Positions 20,627 through 29,397 of a DNA stretch of 64,000 nt are shown here, in pieces. The notes below the pieces were generated by a model that made no database searches, was not told where the DNA came from, and saw only the letters and a program-made list of their open reading frames with translations. The DNA lies in contig CAKOTD010000002.1 of assembly GCA_934120015.1 (NCBI GenBank), positions 43,770 through 107,769 on the forward strand. The letters are read 5' to 3'. The translations under genes were made by a program, and so were the position numbers. Each line of letters opens with the position of its first letter. The first letter of the stretch is position 1. This DNA comes from an uncultured Bacilli bacterium. Its GTDB lineage: Bacteria; Bacillota_I; Bacilli_A; RF39; UBA660.

Positions 20627-22075
20627 CTATTGAAAATATGGATTTAAATCTATAAAAATAGGTTGTACCCATGCTGTTTTACCATTTTTATCTATTACTT
20701 TTGCCCATACATAATATTCTTCTCCTTGTAGAATATAAGATCCATTTATTATTTCACTACCATCTTTAGAATAAATATTCTTACAATGTCTCATATTTGA
20801 ATAAAATATTATTCTTTCAACAGGTGTAGTTTTAATACTTATTTCTCGGCCACATATTCTATAATCTAGTATTGTTGGACCTGTTGAAGCATAAAATTTA
20901 CCATTTTTAATAGCACTAATTATACTTTCATAATTTTTGGCTGCTTCAACCATTATATATCCACCAAAGCATTTATCATTAATAGTTTGGCTGTAAGGTC
21001 CATGAAAATCATCACCTGCTGTTATACAAAATTCTTTATGATTATTTAATAAAGTTCTTATCAAATGCTCTGAACTATACTCACCAAATTCTTCCAAATA
21101 GTCTTTATGATTATATACTTCAATCATATTATATCCTGAAATCATTAACCATTCTGTATCTGTTAATCTTGAAAATAATGGATGATTTAATTGTATCAAT
21201 GAATATTTTTCTTTTAATTTGATGAGATTTTGTTGAAGTTCAGCAATATTGTTATAATATAATATTTCATCTACAGATTTATTATTTTTTGAAAAACAAT
21301 TAAAATGGACATATGGTCCCTTTTCTTTACTCATACTATTATAAATACAAGATGATTCAATTCCTGGTAATAAAACTAGATTTTCGTGTTGCTGATTATT
21401 ATTAAAGAATTTATCATGATCTGTTATACCAATAAAATCATATTTTTTGCTATCATAAATTTCGGCTAATTCTTTTATACTATACATTCCATCTGATTCA
21501 ATGGAGTGAGTGTGAATATTACCTTTAAGATATTTTTTATCCTCATTGATAAAGACCGTATTTTGAAAACTTATTTCTTTTTTATTTTTCTTATATATAT
21601 CATAAAAATATTTTAGATGTGGAACGATTAAATTAGAATTACAAATATTTATATATTCTTCTTCATTAACAATTTTTACATTAATACATTCTTCGTTTTG
21701 AAGAATAATATCAGCCAAATTAACATTCTTCTTGCATAAATAAACATCTGTAAATTTTGGATATTCTAATTCTTTATCTATTTTCAATTTATATATTTCA
21801 TTTGGAAAAATATCAATTCCAATTTCTTCCTTTACCTCTCTAATTGCAGCATCTAAACTACTTTCATTATAATCAACTACACCTTCTGTACATTCCCACA
21901 TATAAGGATATGTCATTTTATCTGCTCTTTGAGTAAGTAAAATTTCTTCATTACTATTAATAATCCATATTTGAACGCTCAAATCAAATTCATCATTTTG
22001 CTTTTTATATTCAAATCTATCTACAACTTTATTTGTTTTATTTCTATTTTTATCATATATGTTAATTCTTTCCAT
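20627..22075 (-). CDS. Nudix hydrolase – PHP (polymerase/histidinol-phosphatase) domain fusion protein (cargo gene)
   Basis: The N-terminal Nudix box is 'ECTEGVVDYNESSLDAAIREVKEEIGIDI' (GX5EX7REVXEEXGI). The C-terminal half has PHP motifs 'GNIHTHSIESDGMYS' and 'GITDHD'. Confidence 0.7.
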   Translation of the reverse strand: MERINIYDKNRNKTNKVVDRFEYKKQNDEFDLSVQIWIINSNEEILLTQRADKMTYPYMWECTEGVVDYNESSLDAAIREVKEEIGIDIFPNEIYKLKIDKELEYPKFTDVYLCKKNVNLADIILQNEECINVKIVNEEEYINICNSNLIVPHLKYFYDIYKKNKKEISFQNTVFINEDKKYLKGNIHTHSIESDGMYSIKELAEIYDSKKYDFIGITDHDKFFNNNQQHENLVLLPGIESSCIYNSMSKEKGPYVHFNCFSKNNKSVDEILYYNNIAELQQNLIKLKEKYSLIQLNHPLFSRLTDTEWLMISGYNMIEVYNHKDYLEEFGEYSSEHLIRTLLNNHKEFCITAGDDFHGPYSQTINDKCFGGYIMVEAAKNYESIISAIKNGKFYASTGPTILDYRICGREISIKTTPVERIIFYSNMRHCKNIYSKDGSEIINGSYILQGEEYYVWAKVIDKNGKTAWVQPIFIDLNPYFQ

Positions 22076-22134
22076 TATACAGCAACTCCTTTAAATGAGT
22101 ACAAATTAAATTGAATTTGGATACTTTTTCTATC

Positions 22135-22199
22135 AACTTATTTTAACATTTATTTAACAATAAAACAAGGAAAGCTACAATAGTCTTTCCTTATTATTA
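22135..22199. repeat. Right 65-bp direct repeat (att-like) with terminator hairpin
   Basis: Matches 16427–16491 at 62 of 65 positions. It also serves as the terminator of the upstream minus-strand gene 22281–23066. Confidence 0.8.
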
Positions 22200-22280
22200 C
22201 ATATACTTAATACAAATATCTTATATAAAATCTTATTCATATTTATATCAATAAATTTTTCCTTAAGCATTTTCAGAATT

Positions 22281-23066
22281 TTATCTATGTTTTATTATAT
22301 ATTTTGCTTTTTCTTCAGCATAATCACTTATCTTTTCACGATAATTAATACCAATTTCTTGTTCTAACTCTCTTTTGAATGTATAAGAATTAGACATCTT
22401 CTTTACCCAGTCATTTAAAATTTTACATTCTTCTTTTGTTAAATCCTTACATTTTTTCATTTCTAAATATAAGAATCTAGCAATTACATAATTAAGTTTA
22501 GCTCTATTAATATCTTGTGGTCTACTAGACAATAAATATCTATCCATATCACATATATGCATAAAATCACAGGAGAAAAGATAACTACCATCATTTATAT
22601 CCTTTGCTTGAACATGTTGTTCATTTAATCTAGCAAAATCTACCTCTAAATCATTAAATGAATCAACTAATTCACCACATGTAAAACCTCCAATTTTTTT
22701 GTAAATAGGTATTTCTTTATTTTTATCTAAAGTTATATCTTCAATATAATCCATGACATATCCAACATAATTACCATCTATATTATATATAATATCCCTA
22801 GGCTGAACAATTCTATTTAAATCTAAATTATTAATGAATTTAATAAGTTTTTCATAAGTCATTTTATTATTCTTTTTCTGTAATTCTGTACTATCCTTTA
22901 ATATCTTTATAACTCTTTTTTCATCGAGTCTTAAAACAATACCATCAATACCACAACCAACTAATTCAAACTCTCTTACATTCATAATAGTTTTTGATTC
23001 CTTACCAATGACTACTTCTTTAGGTACAAAATAATAAATATATTTATTATTACCCAAAAAAATCAC
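22281..23066 (-). CDS. Hypothetical protein
   Basis: 261 aa with an intact ORF but no confidently recognisable motif; it sits next to the collagen-like protein gene. Confidence 0.4.
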   Translation of the reverse strand: MIFLGNNKYIYYFVPKEVVIGKESKTIMNVREFELVGCGIDGIVLRLDEKRVIKILKDSTELQKKNNKMTYEKLIKFINNLDLNRIVQPRDIIYNIDGNYVGYVMDYIEDITLDKNKEIPIYKKIGGFTCGELVDSFNDLEVDFARLNEQHVQAKDINDGSYLFSCDFMHICDMDRYLLSSRPQDINRAKLNYVIARFLYLEMKKCKDLTKEECKILNDWVKKMSNSYTFKRELEQEIGINYREKISDYAEEKAKYIIKHR

Positions 23067-23280
23067 CCCTCTTTTTTGGGCATACTATACCATAAAGTTA
23101 CACTTTAGTCAATTAGTTTGTTTAATGTTATCGTTTAATGGTAAGAAAAAGATTAATATGTTAGATAATCTTTAAATTTATGAGTTTATTATTAATATAA
23201 TATTTGATTAAATTTTAGATTACTAATTCAATAACTTAATTATATAAATTTACATAATATATTAAAGGAAGGAGAATAAT

Positions 23281-24366
23281 ATGGATAACTGCAATTGCAA
23301 TTCTAATTATGATAGGATTAGAAAAAAAATAGAAGAATGTAATAAAAATATTAAATATCTCTACATCCAAGGACCAACTGGTCCTATGGGACCACAAGGA
23401 AAAGAAGGCATTCAAGGACTTGATGGCAAACAAGGTCCTACTGGACCTACTGGGCCAAAAGGTGAACAGGGTCCTACTACTATTGATATTGGTAAAACTG
23501 AAACAGGAAATCCAAATACTGAAGCAATTGTTCAAAATGTTGGTACAAATAAAAATGTAATACTAGAATTTACAATTCCAAAAGGTCAAGATGGTATTGA
23601 TGGTGATAAAATAGTTATAGGTAAAACTGAAACATTAGATGCTAATGCAAAGGCAAAAGTTGTAGATAACCAAGTTGGAAATATTCATACACTAGATTTT
23701 TATATACCTCAAGGGTTTGATGGTATTGATGGTGATGTAGGGCCGAAAGGTGATACTGGTGAAAGAGGTGAACAGGGGCCGAAAGGTGATACTGGTAAAA
23801 GTGAAGGCATTGAAGTAATTAATACCAAGACTATTGAGCCCGGTGAGTTAGCTGAAGTAAACGATAATTTTGATGGTAATACTCATCATTTGACTTTTTC
23901 TATTCCAAGGGGTGATAAAGGTGACCCAGGTTCACTAGAGCCTGCTTTATATAATGCTTTGATCTTTGTTATTGCACCAGAAACTACTGTAGCTGGTATT
24001 GCCAATTTAGCAACACCAAAAAAAATACCAAATACAAATGAATATTTTACAATTAATAATAGTCGTAATATTAATATAATAAAAGATGGTACTTATGAAA
24101 TAAACTTCTGTGGAAAAATATCAGGTGTTACTTCTACTATCGGTGCTTCATTTTATCTATATGACGTAACAAATGATAAAAAATTAGATAATTTTATATT
24201 TGAACTAAAAAAAGGTAACACACCTGAAATGAATTTTTCAAGAGTAAATATATTAGAAATTACAAATCAAGTAGAATTACAATTAAAAACAGAAATTGAA
24301 AATAATGCAGCTGCTGATATTACTTTTTCAGATATAAGTATATTAATTAAAAAATACAATATCTAA
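23281..24366 (+). CDS. Collagen-like (GXY-repeat) surface protein, BclA/exosporium- or tail-fibre-like
   Basis: Has 'GPTGPMGPQGKEGIQGLDGKQGPTGPTGPKGEQGP' followed by three ~45-aa repeats (…IGKTET…L.F.IP.G.DG.DGD), each ending in a short GXY run, then a non-collagenous C-terminal domain. A strong SD (AAGGAAGGAG) precedes the start. Confidence 0.75.
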   Translation: MDNCNCNSNYDRIRKKIEECNKNIKYLYIQGPTGPMGPQGKEGIQGLDGKQGPTGPTGPKGEQGPTTIDIGKTETGNPNTEAIVQNVGTNKNVILEFTIPKGQDGIDGDKIVIGKTETLDANAKAKVVDNQVGNIHTLDFYIPQGFDGIDGDVGPKGDTGERGEQGPKGDTGKSEGIEVINTKTIEPGELAEVNDNFDGNTHHLTFSIPRGDKGDPGSLEPALYNALIFVIAPETTVAGIANLATPKKIPNTNEYFTINNSRNINIIKDGTYEINFCGKISGVTSTIGASFYLYDVTNDKKLDNFIFELKKGNTPEMNFSRVNILEITNQVELQLKTEIENNAAADITFSDISILIKKYNI

Positions 24367-24448
24367 AATATTCAAGATTATAATTAAAAATATATTAAAT
24401 AAGGAAGCTAAGCTTCCTTTTGTTTTATTATGTTATTTTTACAATTAT

Positions 24449-26173
24449 TTATAATGATTTATGTTCTTTATTTGCATAACTTTTCATATTTTCAAGTATT
24501 ACATTTCTTTTTTCTTGTATTTCTCTTAACTTTATAGTAAGTTCTGTTTCTTTTCCTTCTTTTAATTCATTGAGGCATACAAAGAAATTCATTCCTCCAA
24601 GATATTTATTGAATTCGAAAAATAAATTATTTAAATCGTCAAAATTAGCTTGTCCTACCATATTATATATTGCTTCCATATTATTATTACTTCTACTTTC
24701 AATAATTTGATTTTTATATAAATTTATAAAATCACTAACAAGCATTTTTGTCGTTTGATAACCAGTAGATCCAAATCGTGCCACATTTATATCTGATATG
24801 ATATTTACACCATTATTATGCATACCTCTTGCTATTTCTTGGGCAATCATATCATTTACTATTTCCGCTAATAATTCATACTTTCTCTTACCATCAATTA
24901 AGTTAGCTTGTTCTTTGTACATTCCTGTAATTGGATCATAAATAACATTCCAACCATCCCAACCTCCTCCTACTATTATTTCATTTTTATTTTCACTTGG
25001 AATGGATGTAAATTCATATAAGTGATTAAATTCATGTATTATAAATGCATCTAAATCCTCATAATCATTAGACATATTAATAAGCATTGTTGATTTTTGA
25101 ATAACTTTACCTTCTTTATCTATTATATTTGGAAGAATACATGATGTACCAGATTTATAAAAAGAATATAAATTACCTCCTTCATCAAGAAGACTATTTT
25201 TATTGAACTTATTATCATTATAAACATAATCATAATATTGCTCATAGATTTTCAAATCAACTAATCTCTTAGCTTTTTCTTTATATTCTTTTACTTTGTC
25301 TATTAAATCTTTACTTGGTACTATTGTTTTACATTTTTCATCAGTTAAATAATTATTATAATCATTTCCTAAATCAATGCCTTTTGATTTAAAATACATA
25401 ATTCTATTATTAATTATAGTTTCTTTTTCATATTGATAACCTGTTTCTAATTTTTTATCATTGTTATCACTAAATGCCTCTATTAGAGAAGATGAATGTA
25501 AATTAAAACCATACATTAATTCAAATGTTTTTGATAAATTTTTTAAAACATTACCTGTTTTATTATAATAACCTATTATTGCTTCATATTCTTCTTTTGG
25601 AATATAATTACTAAATTCCTTTAAAAATTTAATTTCTACTTCTTTTTCTAATATTTGTGTTAATTCATCTTGCTTTTTTAATGAATCAGTTTGCTTTTTT
25701 ATTGTTAATAAGAAGGAATTATATTCTTCATTATATCTTTCTATAATAGGTCTAATTTTATCTAATAAAGTTATTTTATCATCAGAAATTTTCAATGAAT
25801 AAGGTATATTTACATCTATTCCATTTTTAAGGTCATCCATCATTTTATAATATGTATGTACAAGTGAAGAATCATAGTTGTTAGTATCAAACAATATATT
25901 TAAATCATCCATACTTATACTTTCTGAAATCTCATTTTTAATTTTATTAACGATTTCTTCTGTTTTAATTCTTTTCATAAACCTTATTATAGTTCCTAAA
26001 TTTTCTATTGGTAAATATGTAATATAAGTAGTATTTTTAAATTTTTGAGTAATATATTCCCTTTTATCCTCACCATAATAGTTTACGAATGCCTCTATTA
26101 TTTTTGGCAATTTTTCTTCAATTAAATTTTTATGATTAAGTATTTTATAATATCTATCTAGCATTAATTTCAC
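24449..26173 (-). CDS. Large K/N-rich cytoplasmic protein with HExxH motif (putative zincin-like)
   Basis: 574 aa with no signal peptide and the motif 'IIHEFNHLYEF'. It overlaps the upstream 98-aa ORF by 20 bp. Confidence 0.5.
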   Translation of the reverse strand: MKLMLDRYYKILNHKNLIEEKLPKIIEAFVNYYGEDKREYITQKFKNTTYITYLPIENLGTIIRFMKRIKTEEIVNKIKNEISESISMDDLNILFDTNNYDSSLVHTYYKMMDDLKNGIDVNIPYSLKISDDKITLLDKIRPIIERYNEEYNSFLLTIKKQTDSLKKQDELTQILEKEVEIKFLKEFSNYIPKEEYEAIIGYYNKTGNVLKNLSKTFELMYGFNLHSSSLIEAFSDNNDKKLETGYQYEKETIINNRIMYFKSKGIDLGNDYNNYLTDEKCKTIVPSKDLIDKVKEYKEKAKRLVDLKIYEQYYDYVYNDNKFNKNSLLDEGGNLYSFYKSGTSCILPNIIDKEGKVIQKSTMLINMSNDYEDLDAFIIHEFNHLYEFTSIPSENKNEIIVGGGWDGWNVIYDPITGMYKEQANLIDGKRKYELLAEIVNDMIAQEIARGMHNNGVNIISDINVARFGSTGYQTTKMLVSDFINLYKNQIIESRSNNNMEAIYNMVGQANFDDLNNLFFEFNKYLGGMNFFVCLNELKEGKETELTIKLREIQEKRNVILENMKSYANKEHKSL

Positions 26174-26450
26174 CTAACCAATCTATAATTTTATTTAAAT
26201 TATCAACATTATTACCAACATATTTACTTTTATTACCATCTATTAATACATCTATTTCATATTCATTACTATCTAATATATTTTTATCATAGCTTTTATC
26301 ATCAAATGATACTAATATATTTAATAGATTTGATATTTGTTCTTTAGTAATATTTATAATTTTATTTTCATAATATACTTTTGATTCATCTATTTTTATA
26401 ATAAATATTTTTAAACTTAGTTTACCATATACAATAACTATTTCATTCAT
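26154..26450 (-). CDS. Small hypothetical protein co-transcribed with the 574-aa HExxH protein
   Basis: 98 aa, first gene of a two-gene minus-strand unit (20-bp overlap suggests translational coupling). Confidence 0.4.
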   Translation of the reverse strand: MNEIVIVYGKLSLKIFIIKIDESKVYYENKIINITKEQISNLLNILVSFDDKSYDKNILDSNEYEIDVLIDGNKSKYVGNNVDNLNKIIDWLGEINAR

Positions 26451-26584
26451 TACTATTCACCATTATTAGTATAACATTTTTTTCTTTTATACAAAGTTTG
26501 TTTAAATTAATTTTACATTAGTTTACAAATTTAAAAATCTAAAATGCTATTTTTATGATATACTATAGTTAATAAGGTAAGGAG

Positions 26585-27976
26585 ATGTTTATGAAGGAAC
26601 ATGAAAGAGAACAATTTTTAATTAGTATTGAAGAAAATATAGATAGAAGTAATACTTTTTTAGATTCTCCCATTATCATTACTAAAAAGAAAGAAACTAT
26701 TAAAATTAACACTAAAGAAATAATTCTTACGCCAAATCCTTTAAATTCTATTAACTTAAAAAATTCATTAGATAATGCTCAAAAGAATTATGTTGGTATT
26801 ATTAAGTATAAAGATAGTGATATTCCAAAAGATTATTATGAAAAATGTATTAAAAACTTTACAAAATATATTAAAGATATTATTAATATGTGTTTTTATG
26901 ATTTAAAATTCGATGAAAATAATATGAACTTAATATATGTTTTAGCTTTAAAAAATATGGAATATTTAAATAATTCTATTGCTGATACAAATAACTCTTA
27001 TAATGAAAAATTAGATAAAATTGAAACAAAATATAATGAACTGATTAAAAATAGACAAAATCAAGCAATTATAGATTCCTTAAATGCACCTAAAACAGTA
27101 ACCTCATATTCATATGATGGACTTTTTGGAGATAAAATTGTTAATAGTTATATAGGAACTTCTAAAAAAATAGATGGTAGTGGATTTAATTCTTTTGATT
27201 TATTAGATAAAAATTATGATAATAATAAGGCTGCTGAAGATACTATTAATAATATATACAATAGATGTATAACAATTGTTAAAAATTTTAATGAGCAATT
27301 ATTTAATTTAATTGTTGTTAAAAAATCTGATGTTTTTAAAGAGGAGAAAGATAATTACTTTGACTATAATTTCTGGATTGAACTTATTAAAATAGCAAGG
27401 AAAGATGAATATAAAAATATTAATAAATGTTTAGAATTCTATAATATTGATATTGCTAAATATATTAAAAAACTTGTTATTGAGAATGCTACTAATGAAA
27501 AAACTTTAGATGAAAATTTAATTAATTTTTATGAAGATAGTTTTTGTAAAATAGATGTTAGTAAAGAGCTTATATCAACACTTACAGAAAATATTATTAG
27601 TGAGATTAATAAAGAAAAAGATATTAAATCTAAAGAGAAGATAGCTAATAAGTCTTTTGAAACATTAACTAATATTCCATATTTAAATAATGATAGTGCT
27701 AATACTATTATTAAAAATGTTAATAATGTGTTAAATGACTATAAAGAAAGCATTAGTGATAAAAAGAAGCTTAAAAATAAAAAAAGAATAAAAAAATCTA
27801 TTCTTATTATTAGTATTATATTAATTATTTTAATATTAATATATTTTGCTTATAAATATATTAATGAAATTGTAAATTTTCTCCCACTATTATTTACAAT
27901 TTTGATTTTATTCTTTATTATTTCCTGTAAATTTAAAATTCTTAAAAAAATTATAAGCTTTTTTCGTGGATATTAA
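26585..27976 (+). CDS. Hypothetical K/N-rich protein with C-terminal double TM anchor
   Basis: 463 aa transcribed divergently from 26450; C-terminus 'SILIISIILIILILIYFAYKYI…LPLLFTILILFFIISCKF'. Confidence 0.45.
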   Translation: MFMKEHEREQFLISIEENIDRSNTFLDSPIIITKKKETIKINTKEIILTPNPLNSINLKNSLDNAQKNYVGIIKYKDSDIPKDYYEKCIKNFTKYIKDIINMCFYDLKFDENNMNLIYVLALKNMEYLNNSIADTNNSYNEKLDKIETKYNELIKNRQNQAIIDSLNAPKTVTSYSYDGLFGDKIVNSYIGTSKKIDGSGFNSFDLLDKNYDNNKAAEDTINNIYNRCITIVKNFNEQLFNLIVVKKSDVFKEEKDNYFDYNFWIELIKIARKDEYKNINKCLEFYNIDIAKYIKKLVIENATNEKTLDENLINFYEDSFCKIDVSKELISTLTENIISEINKEKDIKSKEKIANKSFETLTNIPYLNNDSANTIIKNVNNVLNDYKESISDKKKLKNKKRIKKSILIISIILIILILIYFAYKYINEIVNFLPLLFTILILFFIISCKFKILKKIISFFRGY

Positions 27977-28101
27977 ATGGTAACTAAGTTATCATTTTTT
28001 TATTCATGTAGTGCATTATTATATATTCTATCCATATTACCATCATTATACTAATTATTTATATTATGTGTAATATTACTAAAATTTTTTAATTTTTTTA
28101 G

Positions 28102-29397
28102 TTATTTTATTCTTTCTATTATTTTTTTACATTTATCACAAATTATTTTTTCTTTATCATCTAACAATAAATAATTTTCCATTAATATTTTTCCATTTAT
28201 TATAGTTGTCATTACATTATTTGACTTTACATTATAAACAATTTCTGAAAATATATTATTTAATGGTTTTAATTTTATATCGTTCATATCTATTATAATT
28301 ATATCTGCACATTTTCCTATATCAATACTTCCTACTATATCATCTAAACCTAGTGCCTTTGCACCGTTTATAGTTGCCATTTTAATTATTTCGTAGGCAC
28401 TCATAATTGTAGGATCTTCATTTACACCTTTTTGAAGTAAGGCTGTATATTTCATAGTTTCAAACAAATCTAAATTACTACCACTTCCTTGTCCATCAGT
28501 TCCAAGTGATATATTAATTTTCTTTTCTTTCATATATTTTATATTAGCAATACCACATCCAAGTTTCAAATTACTAACTGGGCAATGGGAAATGCTTATA
28601 TTTAATTTTGATAATTCATCAATTTCTTCTTGTGTTAATTTTACACAATGTGCAAGAATTAACTTATTTGCACTAAAATTATCTTTTAAAACATCTATTG
28701 GATTTCTTTTATATATTTTTATTATATCTTCTACTTCTTTAGTATTTTCACAAAAATGAATATGTACTGGTAAATTATACTTATTTGCTAGTGAAATACA
28801 TTTTTTTATATAATTTTCTTCAGTAGTATATAATCCATGAATTCCTATATTAAATGTTATTCTGTCATTATTATCATACTTTTTTATTAACTCTTCTAAT
28901 TCTTTTATTCTGCTGTTATCAAACTCATTAGAGCTATTTCCCATAAGAGTTCTTGTTGTTTGTAGTCTAATACCACTATCTAATGCAGACTTTATAATAC
29001 TATCTGTCATAAAATACATATCATTAATTGTTGTCGTGCCACTCTTAATCATTTCTATATTTGATAGATAGGATGCATAATATATATCTTCAATAGTTAG
29101 TTTATCTTCCATAGGCCATATTTTCTTTGTAAGCCAGTCTTGAAGATTATATCCATCTATTGTTTCTCTAAATATACTCATTGGTAAATGGGCATGTGTA
29201 TTTATTAAACCGGGCATTACTATTTTATTTGTTGCATCTATTATTTTTACATCTGAATTAACATCAATATTTTTAGCAATCTTAACTATTTTATTTTCAT
29301 CTATTAATATATCTATATTATTTTCTATTTTTTCGTAATTTTCAGACATTGAAATTAATGCTGCATTTTTAATACATATTTTCATACATTCCTCCAT
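28102..29397 (-). CDS. mtaD: Amidohydrolase-family deaminase (MtaD/5-methylthioadenosine–S-adenosylhomocysteine deaminase-like)
   Basis: 431 aa with the metal-binding 'GLINTHAHLPMS' motif and the 'HCVKL', 'HCP' and 'GTDG' motifs typical of MtaD/chlorohydrolases. Confidence 0.8.
   Translation of the reverse strand: MEECMKICIKNAALISMSENYEKIENNIDILIDENKIVKIAKNIDVNSDVKIIDATNKIVMPGLINTHAHLPMSIFRETIDGYNLQDWLTKKIWPMEDKLTIEDIYYASYLSNIEMIKSGTTTINDMYFMTDSIIKSALDSGIRLQTTRTLMGNSSNEFDNSRIKELEELIKKYDNNDRITFNIGIHGLYTTEENYIKKCISLANKYNLPVHIHFCENTKEVEDIIKIYKRNPIDVLKDNFSANKLILAHCVKLTQEEIDELSKLNISISHCPVSNLKLGCGIANIKYMKEKKINISLGTDGQGSGSNLDLFETMKYTALLQKGVNEDPTIMSAYEIIKMATINGAKALGLDDIVGSIDIGKCADIIIIDMNDIKLKPLNNIFSEIVYNVKSNNVMTTIINGKILMENYLLLDDKEKIICDKCKKIIERIK

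Larger units (their letters stand above)
16427..22199 (-). mobile_element. Integrated ~5.8-kb element carrying tandem tyrosine integrases plus a putative MFS transporter and a Nudix–PHP protein, flanked by 65-bp direct repeats
   Basis: The direct repeats bracket exactly four minus-strand genes. Both integrases carry intact R…HxxR…Y catalytic motifs and AP2-like arm-binding N-termini. Confidence 0.7.

Noticed and set aside
22281-23066. Possible CotS/aminoglycoside-kinase-like fold for the 261-aa protein next to the collagen-like gene
   Set aside because: The Brenner HxDxxxxN motif and the DFG motif are not convincingly present, so it is left as hypothetical.
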